Below are positions 12,586 through 23,107 of a stretch of 40,522 bases of DNA, piece by piece. The DNA is from Folioceros fuciformis (lineage: Eukaryota): positions 260,451 through 300,972 of the forward strand of contig JBNGIO010006231.1 in NCBI GenBank assembly GCA_049999805.1. Reading direction: 5' to 3'. The notes under the pieces are model-generated. The model had not been told where the DNA came from, did no database searches, and saw nothing but the letters and a program-made list of their open reading frames with translations. Each line of letters begins with the position of its first letter. Position 1 is the first letter of the stretch. Made by a program: the position numbers and the translations under genes.

Positions 12586-15500
12586 CTACAAGGTACAATC
12601 CACCAGAAGCCTGGGGTAGTTGGCAGAGTCTGCACTGGCAAGAGTTGCGTCTGCTGTCAGTTCTTGGGACTGCTGCGATGTGACCAGGCTGGTGTCTTGG
12701 ACGTCAGATGCTTCAGACTTTACGTCATCCGTGAGCTCCATCACCTTCGCGAGGATGGTGTCGTAGGCTGCATGGCTAGTGTCTCCTGCCAGAAACGAGT
12801 GCACCAGCTCCGAGTGCTCGATCCAGCTGATACCCGGTTTCTTCCAGGCACCTGCACGCCGTCTCATGTCTTCCACCTTGTTGGCCTCGTCTGTCATGAG
12901 GGCGTCCGCATATATGTTCGACATGAGAACGTACGGCGCATCCAGTTTCGGTTCCAACTTCACCGCATACTCGAAAGCTTGCCGACCCAGCTCCACGTTG
13001 CTGTGCTTCTGGCATGCCCCAAGGAGAGCGAGCCACAGTGGCAGAGAAGGCTCCATAGGCATGTTTGAGATAACTTCTGCTGCCTTATCCAGGAGGCCTG
13101 CACGGCCAAGGAGGTCGACCAGGCTCACGTAATGCTCTGTTGTGGGGGCGATATTGTGGTCTCTCATCATGGAGTCGAAGTACCACAGACCCTTCTCCAC
13201 CATACCGCCGTGGCTGCATGCTGCCAGCACCGACAAGAAGGTCACTCCATGTGGCTTGATGCCTGAGTGTATCATGTCTTGAAAACATTGCAAGCTCCTT
13301 TTGCAATCCCCTTGCCGGGCATATCCTGCGAGCAGGGCAGTCCACAAGAACACATCTCTGTGCGGAGAGGCTTCGAAGACACGCTGTGCGTGCATCATGC
13401 TCCCACACTTGCTGTAAGCATGGACCAAAGTGGTGGTCAGCTTGTCACTAAGCTCCACCCCACTCTCCAGGATATCTGAATGGATCTGATGACACATTTT
13501 CAGAGAGCCAGTACTGCTGCAGGCTTTGAGGATGCAAAGAAAAGTAGTCTCATTAGGCCTCACACCTGCTGCTTGCATCTGGGCATACAGTTGCATTCCT
13601 TTCTCACCTTCCTCTTGCTGCGCATAGCCTGCAATCATTGCTGTCCAGGACACCACGTTGGGCTCCATGATCGTGTCAAAAACATGTCTTGCCTCCACCA
13701 GATCTCCGCAGTTGGCATACATGTCTACGAGAGTGTTGGAGACAAATGCATGTGATTCGTATCCAAGTTTCGTAACTGCTGTATGGATCTCCTTTCCTTT
13801 CTGTAATGAAATTGGTTTCAGCAGCTGCCCATTCACGAGAGTGGCTGGCTCTGATGCTGCCAAGGTCCCACATGCTTTCAGCACGCTGACAAACGTCCAG
13901 CTGTCGGGAGCAACACGTTCCTCTGCCATTTGAGCATATAGCTCCAACGCCCTGTCAGCCTCGTCTTGCTGAACATACCCAGCCAGCATCGCATTCCATA
14001 GTACAACGTCACTCTCTGGAAGACTGTCAAATGCATTCTGCGCATCAACCATACTCCCACAACTTGCGTACATTGCAACAACCGACGTTGCCACAAACAC
14101 ATCCAACTGCACTCCTCGTCTGATTGCTTCAGCATGCACCTGCCTACCCCTATGTAGTGATGAAATCCTTACAGATTTTCCATCAAGAACCAGCGGTTGC
14201 TCCATGCTTCCACATGCCTTGAATGCACTAACAAAAGTCCGACTCTCTGGCTTCAGGCCCTCCTCTTGCATTCGGGAAAACAGTTCTAAAGCCCTTTCAC
14301 CATTTTCTTGCTGGGAATAACCAGCAACCAAAACATTCCACGACACCAGATCGCGCATTGGCAATTCATCAAACACGTGCTGCGCATCGGACATGCTTCC
14401 ACACTTTGAATAAATGTCAATCAACGTGTTGCAAACGAATTGATTACCTCCATGGCCACTCCTCATTACATGTGTATGCACCTCCTTTGCAATTTTCAGG
14501 GAGCACAATCTAACCATTTGTCCATCCAAATCCACAGGCTGCTCCACAGCTGCCAGGCTGCCACATGCTTTCAACACGCTGACAAAAGTGCGGTTGTTGG
14601 GTTGGACCCCATCTTTCTGCATTTGAGCAAAAAGCTTCAGAGCTTTGTGACCCTGTCCTTGCTGGGCATAACCTGCAATCATAGCTGTCCACAGCACGAC
14701 ATCTCGGTTAGGCAGCTTCTCAAACACCTCCGCAGCTTCTACCATACCTCCACAGTTTGCATACAAGTTGATAAGACTTGCGCTCATGAATGCATCCCCC
14801 TCATAGCCCAGTTTAGCAGCCTCAGCATGAATTCCCTTGGCCTGTTGCAAGCACCCTGCTTTGACCAAATGCCCATCCATCAAAACAGGTTTTTCTTGAG
14901 CCGTGAGGGAGCCATATGCTTTGAGCACACCAACAAAGGTGCGATTATCCGGCCCTACACCTTCCTCCCGCATTCGGGCAAATAGCTCCAGAGCTTTTGC
15001 CCCTTGCTCTTGCTGTGCATAGCCAGTAATCATTGCATTCCAGGATGCAAGATCTCGCTGAGGCAATGAATCGAAAACAGCCTGAGCATCTACCATGCTT
15101 CCACATTTGGCATACATCGCAACCAAACTGGTCACAACAAACAGATTGGACTGGCAGCCAGTTCTCATGACCGCAGCATGAATCTTCCTCCCGCTATCCA
15201 AGGCTCCTAAGGTGGCACAGGCCTTAAGTAATTTCACAAGAGTGTATTCATTCGGCTGCACACCTTCCGCTGCCATCACCTGGTACATCCTAAGCGCCTC
15301 TTGCTCCTGTCCTGCTTTCACGTAGCCAGTGATGATGGCAGTCCACGAGAAACCAGTCCTTTCCGGCAGTATATTGAACACCTGCACCGCATGTGCCAAG
15401 CTCCCACACTTGAGAAATGTGTTTACAAGCAAGTTGCCCAGATAACTGTTGGCCTGTATTCCCTTCACACCGATATGAGCATGCACCCGCTTAGCCTCAG

Positions 15501-15909
15501 CCAGAGCCTTCCTTGTTATACAGCACCGAAGCAGATGACCATAGCACTCAACAGTGGGCACAGTTTTCTGCAAATCCATCTGCCGCAGAACTTCCATTGC
15601 CTCCTCCAAACGTCCATCTCCACACAAGCTCTTCAACTTCTCTGCAGCCACGTCGCTTTTCCGTTTCTTTGGTGTCACCTCTGTAGGTCGAGACTTGCTC
15701 CACCAAGCATCCTTCAGCTTCGGTAGAGTCTTTGGACCGCTGGAGGGAGGCGGTCTCCCAGCAGGTGCTTGCACCCCACAGCTCACCCACAAGGAACCTT
15801 CTTTCCGCCTGAAGCCGAAACCTGGACACTTGAGAGACAAACCTAGCACGAAATCCGACCCTGGCCTAATAGCAGGATCTGCCCAGGCACTGGGGCCACA
15901 CCCTGCCAT
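12586..15909 (-). CDS. PLS-class PPR protein (E+ type), putative organellar RNA-editing specificity factor, 1107 aa
   Basis: Intronless ORF from ATG at 15909. Ser/Arg/Pro-rich transit-like N-terminus, repeated P-L-S triplets (WNAMITGYAQ / TFVSVLKAC / LIDIYSKCG), E1/E2 (HYVSLVDLLGRAG..WLALLGAC..YVLMSNIY) and PG-box KKPGISWIE..HSFLAGD. No HxE..CxxC or DYW. Confidence 0.93.
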   Translation of the reverse strand: MAGCGPSAWADPAIRPGSDFVLGLSLKCPGFGFRRKEGSLWVSCGVQAPAGRPPPSSGPKTLPKLKDAWWSKSRPTEVTPKKRKSDVAAEKLKSLCGDGRLEEAMEVLRQMDLQKTVPTVECYGHLLRCCITRKALAEAKRVHAHIGVKGIQANSYLGNLLVNTFLKCGSLAHAVQVFNILPERTGFSWTAIITGYVKAGQEQEALRMYQVMAAEGVQPNEYTLVKLLKACATLGALDSGRKIHAAVMRTGCQSNLFVVTSLVAMYAKCGSMVDAQAVFDSLPQRDLASWNAMITGYAQQEQGAKALELFARMREEGVGPDNRTFVGVLKAYGSLTAQEKPVLMDGHLVKAGCLQQAKGIHAEAAKLGYEGDAFMSASLINLYANCGGMVEAAEVFEKLPNRDVVLWTAMIAGYAQQGQGHKALKLFAQMQKDGVQPNNRTFVSVLKACGSLAAVEQPVDLDGQMVRLCSLKIAKEVHTHVMRSGHGGNQFVCNTLIDIYSKCGSMSDAQHVFDELPMRDLVSWNVLVAGYSQQENGERALELFSRMQEEGLKPESRTFVSAFKACGSMEQPLVLDGKSVRISSLHRGRQVHAEAIRRGVQLDVFVATSVVAMYASCGSMVDAQNAFDSLPESDVVLWNAMLAGYVQQDEADRALELYAQMAEERVAPDSWTFVSVLKACGTLAASEPATLVNGQLLKPISLQKGKEIHTAVTKLGYESHAFVSNTLVDMYANCGDLVEARHVFDTIMEPNVVSWTAMIAGYAQQEEGEKGMQLYAQMQAAGVRPNETTFLCILKACSSTGSLKMCHQIHSDILESGVELSDKLTTTLVHAYSKCGSMMHAQRVFEASPHRDVFLWTALLAGYARQGDCKRSLQCFQDMIHSGIKPHGVTFLSVLAACSHGGMVEKGLWYFDSMMRDHNIAPTTEHYVSLVDLLGRAGLLDKAAEVISNMPMEPSLPLWLALLGACQKHSNVELGRQAFEYAVKLEPKLDAPYVLMSNIYADALMTDEANKVEDMRRRAGAWKKPGISWIEHSELVHSFLAGDTSHAAYDTILAKVMELTDDVKSEASDVQDTSLVTSQQSQELTADATLASADSANYPRLLVDCTL

Positions 15910-16171
15910 CCTCCTGCTACTTCACCGACAACACATTAAACTGACACCGAATGGCTTCCAACTTCACAAGATGCTTGAGATTTCCATAACCGCGAGGGAA
16001 AGAAAAATAAAGGATTTGCCAGGGATTTTAATCACGATGTCTCCCCAAATGTGGCCTCAGTAAAATTTCTCATACAAAGAAAGGTCCTCAGTATGCAGCA
16101 CAAGCACTGGACTGCATAACTTGGGACCAGAGAACAGAAGCCCTTTCCCGCGTCCCAAATCATGTACATGC

Positions 16172-16542
16172 CTAGTGTTTTTCCTCCTTCGGAATGGACT
16201 TCTCACCAGTTCCCAGCTCTTCCTTCGGCTTTGTGGCACCAGCCCTGCACAATAGAGACCAGGCAACCGTGAAACTTGGATGTCCGCCATCACAAAGAGG
16301 TGTCAACACGCATCCCATCCTAGACGACGTAAGTCCGAGCTTAATCCCAAAAGCACTACACACAGTGTCAAGAGAACAGGGGTTACAGACTTGGAGGCAG
16401 CCGCTGATTCTTCCTCTAGCCACTGGCGGATATGACGTAGATTCCGACGAAGCACAATTCCAGATTGCCGCACATCACCCCGTAGCATCATGTAGGCGGC
16501 TCCTACTGCCACGACCGTCACAACAAAATTGCTCAGCGCCAT
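16172..16542 (-). CDS. Small conserved plant protein of unknown function (74 aa, N-terminal hydrophobic segment)
   Basis: Exon 16542-16391 (MALSNFVVTVVAVGAAYMMLRGDVRQSGIVLRRNLRHIRQWLEEESAAASK) joins exon 16244-16172 (AGATKPKEELGTGEKSIPKEEKH*) in frame across a GT-AG intron. Resembles an uncharacterised plant family with DVKQS..RRN..HIR.WLEEE, recognised from memory. Confidence 0.8.
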
Positions 16543-18326
16543 GTCAGCTTCCCGCTCTCTCGTTGTTGGATCCACTTTGCATAAACGGCTAGCACAGCTC
16601 GCGCCACATCGCCAGAGCTCGTGTGATCGATAAACTGGATTGGAGCGGATGCTAATCCTGCATGATGTGCACATCGACTGGACGCTCTTCTCGGTGGGGG
16701 CATTTGGAAGAAAAATAAGCAATAATGAAAGCTAAAAAGAAAACCGAAACGAAATAGGGTAGGAAAAAGACTTCTGTACCTCGAACAAGAGAAAAGACAA
16801 TAGATAGGAGTAAGCATGACAAAGCTATTGCTACCAAAACGAATACAGATGCAAGAAAAAGGGTCAGCATATCATGTTTCGAGATCAGTCGGCGCCTTCA
16901 GTAGGAGCCTAGTTGCTGTTGTCCACCTTTATTTTTCGTGCCATTTTTATCGTTCTTCTTATCAATGTAGGAGCTTACAACTAAGCTCCTTTGCACACCG
17001 GCCTTCAGGATCTTCATCCATGTGCAATTTGAGGACTCTGACCTAATCCTACACTGGTTCTTTTTCCCAAAAGCTTTCTTAGGCTCTCTCAGCCCTTACA
17101 TTGACGTCTTGCATTTCTTTCATAGTGGCATGCTCTCTCGGCCCTGGCATTTCCTTCGGGGAAGCGAATGACATGCTTTGTGCGTACCTTTAATGGGAAC
17201 TACTATTTCTTCTTCACCTTCAATGATTTGCAGGGGTTACAAGGATTGCTGCTTGAGAAGCACTAGGCTAAGCTTTCTAGTCCGTCTCTTGGAGCTCTTC
17301 ATCCCTGAGTCCTAAGGAGCTGAACTGCGCTCTTGTCCTGGTAAGGTACAAGCGCTTAGCTCCTCCACTCATCCAGGGATTTATTATCACAACCACGCCC
17401 TCTAGCAATGCAATGCGATTCCGCCTTAGCCTACGAATATGATGCAATTCCGCCTTCTGCTAATCTACCGTGTGGAGTCGTCTGTCCTCACTTGCGAGTC
17501 CGGTTCTGCCTTTGATGACTTTGCACCTTGCCCTACTACTGTGGAAACGTAAGCTTAACGAAGGGAGTTTCTTGGAGTCATGGCAAATAGAAGGCCTCCA
17601 TGCTAGGGAAGGAGCACACCAGGCTAATCCAAACTCGTATGTACTTCTTCGGCGCTGAGGATAACTGTTGGAGCAAAAATGCACTAGATGCCTACTGCTT
17701 GTGTACAGATCCAGTTCCTTGCGCGCATTTGTGCCCTGCGGTCGTGACTTTATTGAGGTCGCGTAGTAAGTGTTCCATTCCTTTGTTCCATGACGCATTG
17801 TGATCTTAGGAACTTACAGTCTCCCGAAATACGACGCGTCACATAAGTTTGAGACAAAGACGAAACGAGTGTTGGAAGGAGGGACACACAAGGCAAGCAA
17901 TTCGTCGAGCAGGTGCTTTGGTAGCGTTTAATAGAAGTGCGAGGTCTATGTGGAGAGCGCGCTCTGCGTATAATGCAATAGGCACATCGCTACCTACTTG
18001 CATACGCGAGTCTCAGAACGTAAGTTCTTCACTTCGTGCCATCACATGGACTTGTGGACACCGCAAAGTTATGTCACAAGCCAGGAGTGAAACCTGTCGC
18101 TGAGTAGCATGACGCCAGAATGAATACAAAAAGTAGCACACATTTTCCTAAAAGTTTCACACGTCCACAGACCTTTGAAACGCTTTCGTCCTGGAAGCGC
18201 AAAGAGAAAAAGCTTCTCTCCTTCACACTACTGGACGCACAGTATTCCGGCACATGGATGCACAGGAAGGAAGGAGCCAGCTTGGAAGTCAGAAAGGGTG
18301 CGGATGCTGGGATGCACAAATCGGTT

Positions 18327-19071
18327 CTAGAATACAAGAGGAGTCCTGGCCACCTTGCCCTTCTTGTCAACCAACACGTAAACTCGATTGCGTGTGTAAG
18401 CAAGCTTCACGGTGTTGAGGGCGTCTTCGGGCACGTAGCGGACGATGACACCGTAGAAATCATTGAGAATGGTCTGGACGGCATACTTGTAGTCCTTCCC
18501 TACCAGGTTGGGCCAGCCAGGGTACACCCCTGCCATTGCCGGTGCGGCGGACAGTCAAGTCAATTCACACGCATGCGCAAGAGCTTGAAATGCAAGGTCC
18601 CTTAACAGACGACAAATCCATGACTCAGGAAGGGCACCAGCGATGGTATGACTCACGATTAGGATGCCACACCCCGCGCTGCGGAATCTCGTACACTTCG
18701 TCATTCTGGTCGGTGTAGATCCATACGTCCTGTGGCGTGCCGCGGTTGGCAGGCGCTTCAGGAGGGGGAGTGTCGCCGGTCTGGAAGGAGGGCGCCCACA
18801 CGCGCACGTTCTTCACCAGGCCGCTGTCCTTGATGGCCTCCACCGCCTTAGCGCTCTTCCAGCCCAAGTACTCGGGCCACGCATTCTTAGCACTCCCTGC
18901 ATTACAAGCCTCAGGCCTCACGCAAATCCGGGTCCACAGCAACGGCAGGGCCGCGGCTTCGAGAGTGGGCTATTGCTCACCTTCCTTGAAAGGCGCACGA
19001 TACGCAGCTTCCACACCCCCCAGCATCAGCACCGCAGCGCACACGAGAGCCAGCACCCAACGCACACCCAT
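18327..19071 (-). CDS. Secreted protein with two tandem potato-inhibitor-I (I13)-like domains, 177 aa
   Basis: Exons 19071-18981 (signal peptide MGVRWVLALVCAAVLMLGGVEA), 18896-18657 (KNAWPEYLG..AVEAI..VWIYTD.NDEVYEIPQRG) and 18529-18327 (WPNLVGK..AVQTI..NRVYVLVDKKGKVARTP*). Both introns are phase-1 GT-AG and keep the frame. Confidence 0.75.
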
Positions 19072-19380
19072 GGCACCGATTGCACAAAGAGGCCCACCTG
19101 CCGACGGATGGATGATCTCCGACGGGTAAGAACCGTTCTCAAAGCCAGAGTGCTCATTGATGAGTCTTATACAAATTGCCGACAACCAGAAAAGCCGCCG
19201 CTCGGTCAACGGAGAAGCTTCCTTCCCATGTGCAAAATGCGGCTGCTGAAATCATGGAAGTTTGTAAATCGCAGCTGGAGTCATCCGCTCTTCACGCACC
19301 GACACGATGGTGCCTTTATCCTCGAAGCCCGCCAATTGCACCACGCCGATGCCCACCTAACACTCCTTCCTCTTTTGTCT

Positions 19381-22300
19381 TCACTCGGTGTAGAGCTGCA
19401 CGGGTCGGGGCCACCTCTGCCCGTAGACGTCGGGGGCTGGGCACGACCGGTCCCAGGACCATGGTACATCTGAACGTACACAAACAGAGTTAGCTCATGT
19501 CCCCTGCCCCACAGCACGAATGTTCTCTGCTAAAAAACGAAGCACACAGTAAGGTACCTTCCTCTGGGTTGTAGGGTGTGGGGGGAATGGAGTAGGGTAA
19601 TGGAAATCGGATGAGGTGGGTGGACTCCTGTGATTCACCACTCCATTGGGCAGTGACGAATTTCACGCTTCTCAGGCCTTCTTCTGTGCCGCTGCTTGAG
19701 GCTAGATCTGCTTTCAGTTCAGGTGCCTACCCCAAGAATAACTTGCACAGATCAGACTCCTGACTGACCCACAACGCAGATGCTGCAAAAAGGCATGCGT
19801 GATGTGCTTTCTACAAAGATGAATAGCATTAGAGATTAGTCTGGTGAGTACAGGGAGTGGGTTTTTTTGATCGGTGCATGAGAAAGGATGGAGACGCTGT
19901 TTGCGTGCCAAGGAAGGTACGAAGCAGACTCCAAGCTGCACAGACAATGCACCTTGATAAGCTTCATAGTCACTGAAAAGCACATGAGAGACTGCATAAA
20001 GTCATGGCGAGTGCTGAATAGACCTCGTACGAGCGAATCATCAGTTGGCTTGAGTTCTTTTGCAGAGCCCCCCAGGCAGCCTTACTCAGATTTGAGGACG
20101 TCAAGAGAAACCATCTGCAGGAATGAGGCTGGTCAGGTCAAGCCCAGAGACGAGCCTTGCAAGATGACTTCGTTTGAACGATGCTTTTCTGAAGATGAGT
20201 TACTCACGCAATACTCTGATCATGGTAGCGGACGAACGTTTTGATGTGTGGCATCGCCCGGCTGCACGTTTTCCAGGAAGCAGTTAGCATGCCTGCACAT
20301 CATGAACGCGATTTCAAGCTCATGTGAAGTAGCAACGACTGACCTTCTGCCAGAGTGCTCTGCTTGCCAGCGAGACCAATATCTGGAAAGGAAACTTTTC
20401 TGGATGTTCTTCAAGGGACTTGGTAGTGCATTTCCTGCGGCATAGCCCTGAAAGTTGAGCATAAGATCTTGTAAGAAGAATGGACTTTGGGTTCCCAGAG
20501 CTGCAGTCTTCAAAATCTCACCTCAAGTGACCATCGAACATTCTCTACCGTTGGCCATATGATTTGCACACTTCCAGGTCCCAGTGGTTTTTTCTCTTGA
20601 GTAGTGCCAGCACAAACAGATGCTGAAAACTCGGTCAGCCACTTTTCATCAAGGGAACCGAGAGAGGAGAACTGCAGACGCAGACAGACAGACACAGCTG
20701 ATTACACAGTCACTTATCAGAACATTGTCACTAATCCCAAAATCAAAACCATGGGATGATCAAGGACACACCTGATACACAACAGGAGCCCCAATAAACT
20801 CATCATCAAACCGCTCATTGGCCAATATCGTTCGCAGCTTCATATGACCCCACTTGGTGAGATTCCGTCCATTATGGTAACCGGGTACTGACGCTACCAA
20901 TCGAACCTTAGCCAGATGCACAGAATTTTCCAACAATTCTTCTGTCAGCAGGCTTACTACAACAGCAGAGACATTCAGACATATCCTGAGTAGCATCCTT
21001 AGGTTCACGTATGTAAGGATGCAATAGTTCTGACAATTGAGCATCCTTACTTACAGAAGCATCGGCAAAATTGAATCTCCGAAAATACGCAGCAGTCACT
21101 TGGACATCCCCTTGCCCAGGTATTGATGCTTTACATCCAGTCCACTGCTAGCCATGAAGCAAATAGGTCAATCGAAAATTCCCTTTGGCACCGCAAACAT
21201 TGGCAACGAGTGACGCCATGACGCCTTCATAATCCGGCTGCAGGAAGAAGTGTCGGACGTGCCTCCAGTGCTGTTAAGTATTCGACCAGATCATCCTCAA
21301 ACACCGAGCTTTCCTTTGAAGCTGTCTTACTCTTCAGAGGAAAGTCCTGCATCCAGAGGCCCTGTGACTTGTTGTTCCAATCAACATGGATCAAATTCGC
21401 CGTGTGGATAATGATTCGGACCCCTGTCCTATAAATAAGGAACATGGCTTTTGAATGATGTGTGCCATACGAAATCCGAAGAGGGGGCTTGTACAACAAC
21501 CAATGTGAGGGCTTGTGAGCCTGCACTTCAGAACACGGATATCAGACGGGAAACACACATTAAATTAAAATACTTCACAATCGGAAGACCAAACCAAACA
21601 CGATAACCAAGATTGGGAAATAAAGATCTGAGAGTTCCCCCATGCCTGAAGGTGATCCAGAGACCCTCCGCCCTCTCCATGGAAAATTACGACTCGAGGT
21701 ATCTCCTTGAGGAGTGGGCAAGCTGCCAACAACCACACCCATCAGAATGCAAAACGAAAAGATCCCAGCCGGCTATGCGACAGTCTAGCATGGGTTCGAT
21801 CGCAACTTCCGCTACCAAACACGGAACCCCACCAGATAAAAGCCATTGCAGATCGACCATGTAGTTGGAAATAAGGGCCACTTGTATGTCACCCTGCAGC
21901 GTACACCCGCCACTGTTACTCACCATACTGGAGTGGAGGAACATCAACATTACCCTTTCAAACTTATCCCCAAGGCAAAGCCAGCTTGACGAAATGCCGT
22001 GTGTCTAAATACAAAGCTTCAGACCTGTATAACATCCCCCACGGTCACACATCCTGCATTAGCCCAGCCAGGAAGATTCGCAACGCGCATGAGTCTGAAC
22101 GTTGAAGAGAGCTCTGACACGCTGGGCTTTCCAGGCTCGACGGGCAAACTACTTCCCGCAACCATGCTGGCAGCTTGTGTAGACCCAGAACTGAAAGACC
22201 TCCTAACTCGCTCCAGCTCCAGCTTCACAGCCCTCTCCTCTTCCTCCTGCCACACACGCACGAGAAGGCGATGAATTGGGTCCTGAAACCTCAGTTACTG

Positions 22301-22422
22301 GAAGAAACTCGAATGTCCGTCGAATGCACCTGCAAACTCCGCGCCAGAGCCTCATCTTCGCTTATCTGCCTCTTCCGTTTCCTGGAAAGATCCTCCTCCT
22401 TCTCTCCACTACCACCCGTCAT
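19381..22422 (-). CDS. TDP1: Tyrosyl-DNA phosphodiesterase 1
   Basis: Two HKN catalytic motifs: [14 protein letters not shown] and [21 protein letters not shown]. Also [26 protein letters not shown] and [10 protein letters not shown], with C-terminus [24 protein letters not shown] (stop 19381-19383). Start [28 protein letters not shown] at 22422 is inferred. About 13 exons. Confidence 0.93.
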
Positions 22423-22460
22423 GGCCAGGAAAGCACAGGTCGAGATTAGCCTGGTCGACT

Positions 22461-22468
22461 GCGCGAAA
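22461..22468 (-). promoter_or_regulatory. Candidate E2F site TTTCGCGC upstream of TDP1
   Basis: Exact TTTSSCGC match ~40 bp upstream of the TDP1 ATG. Fits a DNA-repair gene, but an 8-mer can occur by chance. Confidence 0.35.
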
Positions 22469-22585
22469 CCCCGAGCACAACTCTGCCAAGTGGAAATCCT
22501 CGCAAGGCCGTCACCTGGAAGAAGTTAGAGGAGTAGAAATTATACTCTAAAGTTTATTTAATTAAAATGCAATGTCTCCTGTCTT

Positions 22586-22669
22586 CCGACTTTAGCTCAG
22601 TTGGTAGAGCGGAGGACTGTAGAGTCGACAGATATCCTTAGGTCGCTGGTTCGAATCCGGCAAGTCGGA
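22586..22669 (+). tRNA. tRNA-Tyr(GTA): Nuclear tRNA-Tyr (GTA) with an 11-nt intron
   Basis: CCGACTT/AAGTCGG acceptor stem, A-box TAGCTCAGTTGG, anticodon GTA at 22619-22621, intron 22623-22633 at position 37/38, B-box GGTTCGAATCC and discriminator A. Mature length 73 nt; T-runs downstream at 22682 and 22695. Confidence 0.97.
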
Positions 22670-23007
22670 CTGTATCGTACATTTTCAAAAATGCTTTTTA
22701 CTCCTTGGTAATCTGTCTTGTCTAAACCAAATTCGGAATTACAAATTTTCGAGGAGAAAATTGGGTAGACTACTGTCGTCCGTGGAAGTGAGAAAAGTGA
22801 AACTGCAATGGTAAAGTCAGCCCTTTCCTTTCAGCCAATTATGGGACATTAACCCTTTCATGTGAGAAAAACGTCTGGGACCTTGCTTTGATTACTTGTG
22901 TCATTATACACGATTAATGAGCTCCATACAAGGGGCAACTCTAGAGTCGGTCAGGGTTAGACGAGGATCCGTCCTCCTGGAACGTCCGGGGTGCTCCACG
23001 ACGCGCA

Positions 23008-23107
23008 NNNNNNNNNNNNNNNNNNNNNNNNNNNNNNNNNNNNNNNNNNNNNNNNNNNNNNNNNNNNNNNNNNNNNNNNNNNNNNNNNNNNNNNNNNNNN
23101 NNNNNNN
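23008..23107. other. Assembly gap (100 N)
   Basis: Run of N. Confidence 1.

Noticed and set aside
12565-15726. Plus-strand ORFs overlapping the first PPR (likewise over 28305-31264)
   Set aside because: Antisense shadows of the long PPR frames.
17290-17572. miR319/159-like precursor
   Set aside because: Only short fragments (ggagctc, gaagggagt) resemble it; no intact mature sequence.
19381-22669. Functional link between tRNA-Tyr and tyrosyl-DNA phosphodiesterase
   Set aside because: Name coincidence. TDP1 hydrolyses topoisomerase-DNA adducts and has no known tRNA role.
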